64,000 nt of DNA from contig JBAZEO010000006.1 in NCBI GenBank assembly GCA_041653935.1, positions 6,504-70,503 of the forward strand. The letters run 5' to 3'. This DNA comes from Dehalococcoidia bacterium. GTDB taxonomy: Bacteria; Chloroflexota; Dehalococcoidia; E44-bin15. Within the stretch, counting starts at the first letter, position 1. Each line of letters begins with the position of its first letter. Positions 34,731 through 44,214 of the stretch are shown piece after piece. The notes beneath the pieces are model-generated. The model did not search any database, was not told the origin of the DNA, and worked only from the letters and a program-made list of their open reading frames with translations. Made by a program: the position numbers and the translations under genes.

Positions 34731-34924
34731 TGGTCATCCTCTGGTAATGTCCAGTGCATTCGCGACTTAGGCATAGTCCACTGTGTTATGCGATCCTTCA
34801 TGGTCCAGTGCAGCCTGTTCTTCTTCAGGGTCCATTCCATTCCGGGCACATCTGGTGGAGGTACGACACCCCCAGTGATCCTGCTGAATGGTAGGAATAT
34901 CTGTATCAGGCTACTCAGTTTCAT
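34727..34924 (-). CDS. hypothetical protein
   Basis: 65 aa ORF with 4-nt overlaps at both ends. Internal repeat WTLKKNRLHWTM / WTMPKSRMHWTL. Confidence 0.35.
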   Translation of the reverse strand: MKLSSLIQIFLPFSRITGGVVPPPDVPGMEWTLKKNRLHWTMKDRITQWTMPKSRMHWTLPEDDQ

Positions 34925-35595
34925 GCTGGTGGGCCCATTGTCTCAGTACCGGCTCCGTCGTCAGTAATCGCCTGCGTCGTAAGTGTTGCCCCTGCACTAT
35001 CCTTCGTAATCAGCTCCGTCGGTGTCTTGGCTGAGTAAAAGAACCGCTGCACGAACCACATGATCCTCTGCGGCCACGTCGTCGGGTTAGCCACGGGCGT
35101 TGCGGAGATCTGATCCAGCCCGTCCGACGCCAGCGAGAATCCCGTCTTATCCGACACAACCATCGCCGAACCAACAGCAGCCGGTGAGGCGGGAATCAGG
35201 TCAGTCTTGGCCTTGATGTCGCCTATTTCTTCCGACAGCGTGATTGCCAATCCGCAAGCATTCGTTACGTCAACAGAGGTTATTCCACCTGGATCATAAT
35301 CCGCCCCGTAAGCCTCCCGATCGTTTACCGCGTAGCTCGTCAGGTACAGCCCGATATGGCAGGGTACAGTGATCCCAACCGGCGTCGTGAATCCGTAGTG
35401 TGAATGCGTCCCTGTCCCGCTGACGACAGCGGTAGTCGTCACCAATCCAACGGCGGTTGCCTGCTGAGCATCAGTCAGTGTATTCTCAGCAACGAATGCG
35501 GAAACACCGTCCCACATATAGCCGTCGCTGTCCCGCGTGATTTTCGCCACGTAGGTTCGGCCGGCTGTATTGTCATCGAGCTTGATTATTGCCAT
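34921..35595 (-). CDS. hypothetical virion protein
   Basis: 224 aa ORF. Confidence 0.5.
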   Translation of the reverse strand: MAIIKLDDNTAGRTYVAKITRDSDGYMWDGVSAFVAENTLTDAQQATAVGLVTTTAVVSGTGTHSHYGFTTPVGITVPCHIGLYLTSYAVNDREAYGADYDPGGITSVDVTNACGLAITLSEEIGDIKAKTDLIPASPAAVGSAMVVSDKTGFSLASDGLDQISATPVANPTTWPQRIMWFVQRFFYSAKTPTELITKDSAGATLTTQAITDDGAGTETMGPPA

Positions 35596-35606
35596 AAATC
35601 ACCTAG

Positions 35607-37508
35607 CTAGGCTATGGATGTCTTGCCGGCATCGCTGAGAAACACATACGTCCCATTGAATCGCCACGATATGCCGTGAAACTCACTTGCCTCGCTGGCA
35701 TCCGTCCACGTTGGCTCTGTCCCGAGCCACACCACTGATTCCGCTGGCAACCACGTAATGTCTCGCGGCGTGGCTCCCTGTTCAATGAAGATCGTTCCGC
35801 CGCACGGTCCTGGCGGCATGGTGATCGTGGCATTGATCGGGTTATTGGCGTCATTTGCCGGAATAGTCCAATGGTTCCCTGCTTGGAGATCGACGGTGCA
35901 TGTGTTCGGGTTCGTCCCGGTCGCGATCGTCGCTTCATTCTCTGCCGTTCCGAAATGGATCGTATGTCCATTGGCGTCCAGATCTCCGCCAATCTGCAAC
36001 GCCTTATTGATCGCCACTCTCGTGCCGTTGCTGCTAATTGTAGTCGTGCCAGCGGAGTCAAGTTTGATGCCGACCACATCAGAAATTACCGTCAGCTCTC
36101 CGGTCTTTTCGACTCTCGCAACGTCTGTCCCAAGTTGCCGAAAAATCAAAGGTCCGGCGTATGTAGAGCACTGGCAATCAATCGCAAATGCGTATCCGTT
36201 CTCGGCAGTAAATGCTAATGCCTCAAAATTCCAAACACGATCTGGCCTACGTGAGCCAATAGTAAATCGAGTTAAACCACCATTTCCCCAAATGCGACCA
36301 TTGACCGCACCTGCGTAGTACACCTCGAATTTGTCTGTGGTGGTCGCTACGCCAACAGCAAGCCGACCTAAAATAGTCGCGTCTTGCGATACGTCGATGT
36401 ACGCCGCATCCAATTCGTTGACCGGCAGATACCCGTATCCGTAATTGTCGTGCGTAACCCAGTCCCCAGGCAGTGCTCGACAAATTGCCAATCCCATTTG
36501 GCGTGTTGATCCACTCTGCCCATCGTGATACAGCCACAATTCATCGCCAGTCACCGTATACGTGTTGCGATATATGTCATCCGTCAGAATGTATGGCGTG
36601 TCGAGATCGTCACTATCGAATCCCGATTGGCTGGTGTGCTTGATAATTCCACACCACTCCCACGTTTCAAAGTCGTTCGGTGTGGTACACTTCCACAGTT
36701 CAAGCACAGCATGATTCGCACCAGCAGCCTCGTATCCATAGTGTGGAACGATTGCCCACCAGATGCCGCGAAAATAGAATACATCGGGACAAAATCTGCC
36801 GCCGGTAAAAATCGGATTTGATGCACTTTTTGTCCATGTCGTCGGATCAGACGCCGATGCAGTCGCTAACCCGATAGCGCGAGCTGTTGACACGTTGCCC
36901 ACCTTGGCTTCGTAAAATGTATACAGCGTGTCTCCTACCCGCCACACGGCCCAGCACTCGGCTCCATACTCATCCCACGCACCTGCGGTCCCATGTGTCA
37001 AAACGGGCGTATTTGCAGCCGACTCAGCCCAAGTGCCAGTCGGAGCAGATGCTGACGCATACCCAGTATCGTCATCTACGCCTGCTGTCGCACTGTTGCC
37101 ACGAAACAGCATGTGCCATACGCCATCCTCCGTCCACACTCTCGCTACGCCACGGGACGTGCTTCCAAATCCCGATCCAGATGGAGTAAAAATAGGATTC
37201 GACGCATATTCCTCGAATGTAACGCCGTCCGTGCTTGTGGCTAACCCGATGGAATAAACGCCGCCGGAATAGTTGGAATAGTATGAGTAAAACGCGTAGT
37301 ACACACCATCATCGTACACGATGGAAGCAAATGTTTTGTGAAGCTCATCGCCTGTCACCGTAAGCAGCGGGTTAGACGGGTGCGAGACGAATGGCCCAAG
37401 GAAGGTATCCAGCCCGAGAGCCGTTCTCATCGCGGCATAATCGTCCGCCTCGACAAGCGAAACGCCGTCGTCGCTGTAGTGGACTGTTTTTTTGAATGCT
37501 TCGCCCAT
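35607..37508 (-). CDS. beta-propeller glycoside hydrolase-like protein (GH43/32/130-like), probable tail-associated depolymerase
   Basis: Repeated blades: DDGVYYAFYSYY, IGLATSTDGVTFEEYASNPIF, EDGVWHMLFRG, GDTLYTFYEA, IGLATASASDPTTWTKSASNPIF. Confidence 0.5.
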   Translation of the reverse strand: MGEAFKKTVHYSDDGVSLVEADDYAAMRTALGLDTFLGPFVSHPSNPLLTVTGDELHKTFASIVYDDGVYYAFYSYYSNYSGGVYSIGLATSTDGVTFEEYASNPIFTPSGSGFGSTSRGVARVWTEDGVWHMLFRGNSATAGVDDDTGYASASAPTGTWAESAANTPVLTHGTAGAWDEYGAECWAVWRVGDTLYTFYEAKVGNVSTARAIGLATASASDPTTWTKSASNPIFTGGRFCPDVFYFRGIWWAIVPHYGYEAAGANHAVLELWKCTTPNDFETWEWCGIIKHTSQSGFDSDDLDTPYILTDDIYRNTYTVTGDELWLYHDGQSGSTRQMGLAICRALPGDWVTHDNYGYGYLPVNELDAAYIDVSQDATILGRLAVGVATTTDKFEVYYAGAVNGRIWGNGGLTRFTIGSRRPDRVWNFEALAFTAENGYAFAIDCQCSTYAGPLIFRQLGTDVARVEKTGELTVISDVVGIKLDSAGTTTISSNGTRVAINKALQIGGDLDANGHTIHFGTAENEATIATGTNPNTCTVDLQAGNHWTIPANDANNPINATITMPPGPCGGTIFIEQGATPRDITWLPAESVVWLGTEPTWTDASEASEFHGISWRFNGTYVFLSDAGKTSIA

Positions 37509-37509
37509 A

Positions 37510-37890
37510 TCACGCCTCGGCGGAATCGTAGGTGAACGATGTCAACGAAACGGTCTGGCCGGAGTTGATCGACGTGTTATCCACGGTCATATCGGCACCG
37601 CTGGTTCCAACTGTGCCGCTGAATATCAACGTGTCGTCGGAATCGTAGACCTTGAAATTGTCGGCTGTCCCATTTCCAGATGCGGTCGCACTTATCGCTG
37701 GATCAACGTCCAGCGTTGCCGTGCCATTCGCGTCCGCTGCACCGAAAGCTGGATCATTGCACGTCAACGTCGCCAGCACATCGGTGCCGTCGCAGATTGT
37801 GATATAGCCAGCTCCAGAGCCAGCATCAACGAGATCGACCACAGCGTTCGTGGCGGCTTGTTTCGCGGCTTGTGAATGAGATATTGCCAT
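37510..37890 (-). CDS. hypothetical protein
   Basis: Internal start MAISHSQAAKQ (37890) of the listed ORF. This avoids overlap with the fibre gene stop at 37901. Confidence 0.45.
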   Translation of the reverse strand: MAISHSQAAKQAATNAVVDLVDAGSGAGYITICDGTDVLATLTCNDPAFGAADANGTATLDVDPAISATASGNGTADNFKVYDSDDTLIFSGTVGTSGADMTVDNTSINSGQTVSLTSFTYDSAEA

Positions 37891-37900
37891 CGTGTTATCC

Positions 37901-40804
37901 TCAACAGACCATGAACATGATTGGTTTATACGTTGCCGCCGACTCACCGAGCCGAGCAACTACAGTAGCATTTGTGCCTACGCATACCGCCGATGCCACT
38001 ATGGCTACCGTTGCAGCCGAAGCAGTAACTGCATTTCCGCCGACTGAAGCACTCGTAGCGGCGACTCTCACGGTAGCAGCAACGACTACCGTAGCATTCG
38101 TGCCTGAGCATATCGCTGTCGCGTGTATCCCTGGCGAAACTACTGTTGCTGCTGCCGCTACTGTTGCATTCGTTCCTACGCATACCGCCGCAGCACTCAC
38201 CGCTACTTTCGCGGCTGCAACTGCGGTGCCATTTGTCCCTGCCGCTACTCCAGCCGCGGCCACGCGAACTGTTGCGGCTGCTGCTACTGTGGCGTTTGTT
38301 CCAGTACAGACGGCACTGGCGGAAATACCGTTCTTCCGGACGAACGGCTCCAGCGGGAGTGACACGGTTGACGTATCTGGCAGCGTGTAGAGCTTCGTCG
38401 GGACCGTCGCACCTACAGACGTAGACTCGCTGGCGAATACAACGGTTACTGCGCCAGCCAAGTCGGCTCCAGACACAGTTACGGTGATTTCCCGCGTTGC
38501 TGTGCGAGTTACGCTCGTGATCGTGCGTGTCCCACTGCCGTCCGTAAGCGACCAAGCCCCGGCAGTGTAGCCACTCTTGGCGGCTTCCAAGTCCTCATTC
38601 ACGGCAATCACCGCTGTGGCACCGCTCGTAGTCACGCTGGTAGCCCGCGGCCCTCGGCCGCCTGATCCACCGTACAGTTGAGTAATCAGCGCAGCAGCCC
38701 ACCGATTACCAACCACCAGCAGGTGTGTATCGGTCGTCGGATGTACGTTATCAATGTAGTCCTGCTCGATCAGATTTGGCCCGTAGCCGATGCTCGCATT
38801 GTCCGCCCAGGCCTCCATGATCGCGTATCGCAACGTGTCGCGCACGCCTGAAACGGTTGTCACCTCACCGAAAATACCCAAATACAGATTGATATCGGCC
38901 TGAACGTCCGCCTGAACGTCCGAGATCCATTCATCGAGTGCCGCGTTGTAGGTGGCTTGTGACAGGGAGGATGAGACTGCGTTTGGTCCCCAGTGAGCAA
39001 GGATCGCCCTAAAACTCGTCCCACATGCCGCCGCCTGAGCCTGCATTTCGACATAGGCGGAATTTCCTTGGACCCATTGTGTATTCCCGGCAACGTCGGT
39101 CGACCCGGTGCCTGTCGTTACGAACGCGACAGGCAATTCGATCTCGTCCATGAGATGTTTAGCGAGTATCGGCCAGTGAGAACCAAGAGATGTATTGCTA
39201 TCACATGGGTCATTCGCCTCAGTCCAAGTGTCGTTCTGGTTGAAGACGCTTGGCTTGAGTGTTGCGTGGTCATGGGTCTGGAGTTGACCGCGCCCCTCCG
39301 CGATGGAGTCTCCAACCACAAGGAATATGTCGCCGATGCCAATATAATCAGACGTGTCGGTCACGTCCGTATCATCCGTAAACCTCACGACGAGGGCACC
39401 TTGACCCGCCGCTTGATCCGCGAGCGAGCCAGAGAATGTTCCATCTGCTGGGGCTGCATCAATCGTGGCATATGCTCCCCCATCCCACGACGCCTCAATC
39501 GCTTCGGGAGTACCAGTATAAGTACCACTGATCGAGATGGCGGCCTGATCGCTACCATCGCGTTGTATGCACTGATAGGCTACCGGGGAGGTAAGCGTAA
39601 TCGTCGCATCGGGGGCTGTCGCTATGTTGCCATAAATCGAGAAAATCTTATCTGCATAAGTTGTAGGACTTGCAATTGTGGACGGTAATGCACCAGACGA
39701 ATACGCGGACGATTTATATTTCCCGTCAAACGCAGCGTTGGTATCCATTCTCATGGCCAACGAGCTTGTGCTGTGGTTCTGCGCCAGCCAATAGGCTGTA
39801 GTATTCGTCACAGCCGCCCCGGAATCACACGTCCAGTAACTCCATGTCGCAGGATCGGTCCCACCACCTGTACCGCTCGGAACCGCCCCATCAGTATCGT
39901 CAATCAGGCTTCCTACCGACCCACTACTGTCCGCATAAATGCCGCATGTCACTTCCTCGGCATCAGCGGTACACATATAGATTTTGTCAACTGTGCCGTC
40001 GCCTCCAGCCGCGTACGGACCATAACACCAGACATAATTAGGGCTTGGGTCGGAACCGCTCGCACCCTTGGTATCGTACCCCACAATGGGATCTAACATC
40101 CACGGCCCAGGATGTTTTCTACACCACGCAATCGGCATCTCGATCAGGAGTTCATGGCCCTCCAGTCGCATCTCACACCACGTCCGCTGTCCATTCGCTG
40201 CAATCATCTCTGGGCGGTAAATATGCCCAAATTTACCTGTGGCCCAATCTACCAATAACTTTCCGGTTCTCCGGTCTGTAACCGTACCACGCTGCGGCAC
40301 GTAGATTGCATAACTGCCGACCACATTTTCGGGTCGGAAGTCGCGGCAAATGATGCTGCCGACGTCATCGCGAGTAACCGTCCACCCATTTTCATCGAGA
40401 TCCCCAACTAGCGGCGGTTGATAGTGCCACTCCAAATCGCTGGGCATGTCCACAATAAACCGCTCAAAAGCTGGGATATCGTCGATGGAACAGTAAGATA
40501 CGTCCCACTCGATAGCATTGCCAGTGAGATCCAGTTGCAATGGTTGATGAAAAGTATGTCGGCATTTCCCGACCGTTATCTCCACGGCATCGGCACTGAC
40601 TATCGGGTCGGATCGACCGCTGGCCAGTTTCTGCCTCGCAGACGTTTCCGCGTGCCGTAACGACATGCAGACGCCAGCGATGAATTTACGTGAGGATACA
40701 TCCGGCAGGAAGAGAGCGTCATCACTTCCCAGAAGCACAGAGGACGCACTGCGAACACGGGCTCGAAACTGCGTGGCGTTGGTTGTGCGGCGAAAGGGCA
40801 TCAT
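37901..40804 (-). CDS. tail fibre/spike protein with SGNH (GDSL) esterase domain and repeat-rich C-terminus
   Basis: IFLVVGDSIAEGRG is the GDS block I. The listed ORF extends to 41044, but the ATG at 40804 overlaps the stop of the upstream GNAT gene (ATGA). The C-terminus has 4 copies of Cx-GTNATV. Confidence 0.6.
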   Translation of the reverse strand: MMPFRRTTNATQFRARVRSASSVLLGSDDALFLPDVSSRKFIAGVCMSLRHAETSARQKLASGRSDPIVSADAVEITVGKCRHTFHQPLQLDLTGNAIEWDVSYCSIDDIPAFERFIVDMPSDLEWHYQPPLVGDLDENGWTVTRDDVGSIICRDFRPENVVGSYAIYVPQRGTVTDRRTGKLLVDWATGKFGHIYRPEMIAANGQRTWCEMRLEGHELLIEMPIAWCRKHPGPWMLDPIVGYDTKGASGSDPSPNYVWCYGPYAAGGDGTVDKIYMCTADAEEVTCGIYADSSGSVGSLIDDTDGAVPSGTGGGTDPATWSYWTCDSGAAVTNTTAYWLAQNHSTSSLAMRMDTNAAFDGKYKSSAYSSGALPSTIASPTTYADKIFSIYGNIATAPDATITLTSPVAYQCIQRDGSDQAAISISGTYTGTPEAIEASWDGGAYATIDAAPADGTFSGSLADQAAGQGALVVRFTDDTDVTDTSDYIGIGDIFLVVGDSIAEGRGQLQTHDHATLKPSVFNQNDTWTEANDPCDSNTSLGSHWPILAKHLMDEIELPVAFVTTGTGSTDVAGNTQWVQGNSAYVEMQAQAAACGTSFRAILAHWGPNAVSSSLSQATYNAALDEWISDVQADVQADINLYLGIFGEVTTVSGVRDTLRYAIMEAWADNASIGYGPNLIEQDYIDNVHPTTDTHLLVVGNRWAAALITQLYGGSGGRGPRATSVTTSGATAVIAVNEDLEAAKSGYTAGAWSLTDGSGTRTITSVTRTATREITVTVSGADLAGAVTVVFASESTSVGATVPTKLYTLPDTSTVSLPLEPFVRKNGISASAVCTGTNATVAAAATVRVAAAGVAAGTNGTAVAAAKVAVSAAAVCVGTNATVAAAATVVSPGIHATAICSGTNATVVVAATVRVAATSASVGGNAVTASAATVAIVASAVCVGTNATVVARLGESAATYKPIMFMVC
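37940..38340 (-). repeat. in-frame tandem repeats in the fibre 3' end (Ala/Val/Thr-rich, C-x-G-T-N-A-T-V core, 4 copies)
   Basis: Peptides CTGTNATVAAAATV, CVGTNATVAAAATV, CSGTNATVVVAATV and CVGTNATVVARLG. DNA copies such as actacagtagcatttgtgcctacgcataccgcc (37960) and ctactgttgcattcgttcctacgcataccgcc (38159). Confidence 0.7.
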
Positions 40805-41364
40805 GTAACGTATTTCAACAACCTCGAATAGCTTCCTGTTCCACCCACCATCAACACTGACGGGGCGTTGGTCAGGCCCGGTGTCTCGTCTCGTTTCGCG
40901 TAAATCTCGAATCCAATTCGCTTGCGATAATACAGGGAGTGCCTCGGGTGGCACTCCATTAGCACGGTTGGCTCTCCATGATCCATCAACATCTTTGCGG
41001 TCGCTGCCATTAACGCCGCCGAAACCGCGTGGGACGAATGGCACTCAATATCCGTCGCCATCCTCCAACACGTCGCCAGCTTGTGCCACATCCTCAACTC
41101 ACCAGTCTCGTCTGGATACTCACTATCTGTCGGCAGTCCTCGTGGCCCGTCGAATGTTGTCGTCATCGTGCCTACCAGCCGCTCGCCATCCACCGCGACA
41201 AGCGGAACGGTGTCGGAAATGCAATCGAGGTGCTGATAGTGGGAAAACATGCCATCCATTTCGGGCGTTATCAATCCTCTGCGTAGGTATTCAGCGTGAA
41301 CCAGCCGCCAGATCCAAGGTAGTTCAGCTTCGGTCGCACGCCGTACGGTGACGGCGGTGGACAT
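40801..41364 (-). CDS. GNAT-fold N-acyltransferase, FeeM / N-acyl amino acid synthase-like
   Basis: VRRATEAELPWIWRLVHAEYLRRGLI...VPLVAVDGERLVGTMTTTFDGPRGLPTDSEY...CHPRHSLYYRKRIGFE follows the Acetyltransf_5/FeeM pattern. Confidence 0.45.
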   Translation of the reverse strand: MSTAVTVRRATEAELPWIWRLVHAEYLRRGLITPEMDGMFSHYQHLDCISDTVPLVAVDGERLVGTMTTTFDGPRGLPTDSEYPDETGELRMWHKLATCWRMATDIECHSSHAVSAALMAATAKMLMDHGEPTVLMECHPRHSLYYRKRIGFEIYAKRDETPGLTNAPSVLMVGGTGSYSRLLKYVT

Positions 41365-41375
41365 GTATTTCCTTT

Positions 41376-41594
41376 CTACACCATGCTAGCAAGGAATTTG
41401 ATTGCGATCACCCCAACGACAACAGCCAATACGATCCAGAAAATGGTCACGATGAACGCTGGAATGACGATGCCGGCCTGCTTAGAAACAACCATGGCAA
41501 TTCCAACGACGCCCGCTACAACAATCGCGATGATTATCCACTGGATGAATCCAATTGCAGCAAAGTTCACAGATAACGGTAACATTTGAATCAC
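41376..41594 (-). CDS. small membrane protein (holin-like, two TM)
   Basis: 72 aa, almost entirely hydrophobic (AAIGFIQWIIIAIVVAGVVGIAMVV...IVTIFWIVLAVVVGVIAI). Confidence 0.5.
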   Translation of the reverse strand: MIQMLPLSVNFAAIGFIQWIIIAIVVAGVVGIAMVVSKQAGIVIPAFIVTIFWIVLAVVVGVIAIKFLASMV

Positions 41595-41875
41595 TCCTTT
41601 AGGCGGTCTAGGATGTCATCAAGACGTAGCATCATGTTTCTCTGACCAGCCACTATCTCCTTCTCCATCTCGTCCTGACGTGTTTCCACACGACCAACTC
41701 TCTCAGCAGTATTGCTCGACATGTTCATGGCTGTACCGACACCACCAAGCATCAGCAAGAAGAAACCACCGAGGAATATCAGGGTCCAGAGTGTGCTCCC
41801 ATGCCGCTCACGGCATCTGGCATGCGTCACATACTCATCATCTCCGTTGGTGCTTGCTTTTGCTCGGGTACTCAT
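41591..41875 (-). CDS. membrane-anchored coiled-coil protein
   Basis: 94 aa with TM segment LWTLIFLGGFFLLMLGGVGTAM followed by a charged helix. Confidence 0.45.
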   Translation of the reverse strand: MSTRAKASTNGDDEYVTHARCRERHGSTLWTLIFLGGFFLLMLGGVGTAMNMSSNTAERVGRVETRQDEMEKEIVAGQRNMMLRLDDILDRLKE

Positions 41876-41887
41876 CCAGCCATCCCT

Positions 41888-42310
41888 TCAGTCTGCCACT
41901 ATAATCGTTCCGTACCAGATGCCCCCCTTGGTCACACCAATCCAGTCTCCGTATCGCTTGTGCGGCTTGCTCACGACCCCCCAATGCCCGCTCGACTGCC
42001 TCCATGCATCATAAAGATTTCGCACTATAACTTCTTCTGGAGCATCTGCTAAGTTAGCATCAGCCTGAGCAGTTACCTCCACGGCCTTCATCTGCAGCTT
42101 GCTACGTATCTCACGGTACCGTGCATCCCACTGAGGATGACCATCCCTTCGGTAGCCCCTAGGCCCCTTCCTGGTAAGAAGCTTCGTGCAATCCTCGGCC
42201 AGCTTGACCAACAAGTCATCCCGAACGCCTTCCTGGAACTGCACGCCCGGATAGAGCCTCGCACCGAGGACCAGCGGAGACTCATCCGTGGGCGGCAGGA
42301 CCTTACTCAT
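41888..42310 (-). CDS. CAP/SCP (YkwD-like) domain protein
   Basis: C-terminal DAWRQSSGHWGVVSKPHKRYGDWIGVTKGGIWYGTIIVA matches WxxSxGHxxxxxxxxxxxxGxG......YWxxxF. Confidence 0.4.
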   Translation of the reverse strand: MSKVLPPTDESPLVLGARLYPGVQFQEGVRDDLLVKLAEDCTKLLTRKGPRGYRRDGHPQWDARYREIRSKLQMKAVEVTAQADANLADAPEEVIVRNLYDAWRQSSGHWGVVSKPHKRYGDWIGVTKGGIWYGTIIVAD

Positions 42311-43062
42311 GAACTAAATCCCAAGTCTACGGCAGTCTGCAGTGCGATCGCACCGTAGCCGAAGTTGATGTCCGAAATGTGCTTCTCGTGGAAGCCGCTT
42401 CCGTTGTAGTAGTCCGATCCGTAGGAACCACAGACCTTCACAATCCCTCCCGGCTTCAGACCGACCAACAGCTCTGAGTGACCGTTCCAACCAATCACCA
42501 CAGGACGCGTCTTGAGAATGGCTGTGCCTACCTCGTCCACGTTCTCGCAGTCGAGTCCCTCAAGGGGCTTGTACTTCTCTGCGGCAGCGTAGGCCTCCGC
42601 AGACGGCTTCTTGTTCGGCCCCATGCTTCTACCCCAGATGTCTTCGGGGCAGCAGCCAATCTTCTGCAGCAGTGTGAAGTTCTCGTCAATACTGGTGCCT
42701 ACGCGCGGTCCGCCACGCCAGTTGACGGCGATGCCGTAGGCGAACCACGGATTGAACTTGGGTACGATCACATCAGCCCCATGGATCAACCGGAGCATAG
42801 TTTCTACGGCCTTATGCCAAGACTCCATGGCGCACGACCCGTAACCATCCTGGTCATAGAACTCGCCGATCCGGTCGCTGAAGTCAACACACCCCCCCGG
42901 AAGATCGGCGAGGATGCTGTCCCACTCTGCACGTGGGATCACTTCCAGCTTGTCTTTGGCTAACGAACAGACCGTACCCGGCTTGTTCTTGCGCGGGAGA
43001 CAGCCTGTAGCCCTCGGCTGTTGAGGAGTCCATACAGAGCCGTCTTCGTATCTGTCGCTCAT
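42307..43062 (-). CDS. papain-like cysteine peptidase (possible endolysin or host-envelope peptidase)
   Basis: DQDGYGSCAMESW resembles the QGxCGSCWAFS Cys motif. The later NGHSELLVGL resembles the His motif. Confidence 0.4.
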   Translation of the reverse strand: MSDRYEDGSVWTPQQPRATGCLPRKNKPGTVCSLAKDKLEVIPRAEWDSILADLPGGCVDFSDRIGEFYDQDGYGSCAMESWHKAVETMLRLIHGADVIVPKFNPWFAYGIAVNWRGGPRVGTSIDENFTLLQKIGCCPEDIWGRSMGPNKKPSAEAYAAAEKYKPLEGLDCENVDEVGTAILKTRPVVIGWNGHSELLVGLKPGGIVKVCGSYGSDYYNGSGFHEKHISDINFGYGAIALQTAVDLGFSS

Positions 43063-43868
43063 TGCAAGGCCTCCTTCAGCTTGGTCAGGGCTTCAGCAGC
43101 CGTGGCAGGCAGCTCACCAGCGTGAACGAAATAGGGGGCGTCCAACTGGTTGGCTTGGTCTGGTAGGACACTGACCAGTATCGCAGGGAGACTTAGGCCC
43201 AGCTCCTGCACCTTTTCCTTGTACGGGGCTCCCCAGTCCCCCAGCGTCGGTGTATCCGGGTCCAGGTAGCGGTAACGGTGGGAGGGGGTGGTCCGCAGGT
43301 AGCTGTCCAGCGACCGTATCACTGCCGCTTGCGACGCCGTCAGGTCCTGTGCCTCTGCCAGTACCAGGGCTAGCCGCGTCCCCTTGGGTATCGGGCCTGG
43401 CTGCGGCTCGGGATCGGGGAAAGGGTCCGGAGAGTCGCCCTCCACGACGACCGTATGCTCTACTAGCTGATTCTGCCCGTAGTTCCAATCCACTAACAGC
43501 CTATACTCCCCAGGTTCAGCTACTCCAAACGTAAGCTGAGGCCGCATGGTGGCCCCCCGAGGAGAAAAGACTATTGTGCCCTCCACGTCCAGCGGAGTCA
43601 TAGCGTGACCCGGCATGGCCACGTAGGCGAACATCCTGTCTTCGCCAGTCAACCACTCAAGTTGATCCACTAGAGGCTGCGATAGGTCAATAGCCGGCGT
43701 GCCAACCAAGCGGAACACGACCACCTCACCAGCATCGGCCTTATCCGGCCCGCTGATACTAATCGGCTCGGCCACGGCAGCCTGTGCCGGACCGAACCCT
43801 TCCACCTTCAGGTCTTGGCCCAGAGCCGGAGTGGCCAGAGCCAAGACCATGATAAGCCTGCTGATCAT
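43059..43868 (-). CDS. secreted protein
   Basis: Signal peptide MISRLIMVLALATPALGQ. Confidence 0.5.
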   Translation of the reverse strand: MISRLIMVLALATPALGQDLKVEGFGPAQAAVAEPISISGPDKADAGEVVVFRLVGTPAIDLSQPLVDQLEWLTGEDRMFAYVAMPGHAMTPLDVEGTIVFSPRGATMRPQLTFGVAEPGEYRLLVDWNYGQNQLVEHTVVVEGDSPDPFPDPEPQPGPIPKGTRLALVLAEAQDLTASQAAVIRSLDSYLRTTPSHRYRYLDPDTPTLGDWGAPYKEKVQELGLSLPAILVSVLPDQANQLDAPYFVHAGELPATAAEALTKLKEALQ

Positions 43869-43911
43869 TTCACGTCTCCTTGTATGATTGCCCCTGACCC
43901 GTGCGGAAATC

Positions 43912-44214
43912 CTAGCCCATGAACATCATGATAAGGGGCAGGATCTTCTCAATGAATGCAATGAGGGCCTCGAAGAATGAAGCCCAATCTCGCTTGTCCT
44001 CGGTAGCACACAGTTCCATCTCGTCGGCATTCTTCGCTGCAATCTCCACGGCGATCGCTGTCGCAATCTCCTTGGATGTCATGTCCTTGTTGATGATGCC
44101 CCGTCGCCGAAGGCTGCGGGCAATCTTGAGGCAATTCCATCGATTGGCCCCGAGCCGTCTTGCATGCTTGTCGCTAATAGGACGAATGGCTTCCACGGTT
44201 GTTCCAACACTCAT
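43912..44214 (-). CDS. hypothetical protein
   Basis: 100 aa ORF with a hydrophobic C-terminus ILPLIMMFMG. Confidence 0.45.
   Translation of the reverse strand: MSVGTTVEAIRPISDKHARRLGANRWNCLKIARSLRRRGIINKDMTSKEIATAIAVEIAAKNADEMELCATEDKRDWASFFEALIAFIEKILPLIMMFMG

Noticed and set aside
37872-38555. Five overlapping ORFs in several frames and on both strands over the fibre 3' end, and a possible DGR variable region
   Set aside because: The multi-frame openness is explained by GCN/ACN-rich repeats. The alternative translations are low-complexity. No reverse transcriptase or separate template repeat is present in the window, and the repeat differences are not adenine-specific.
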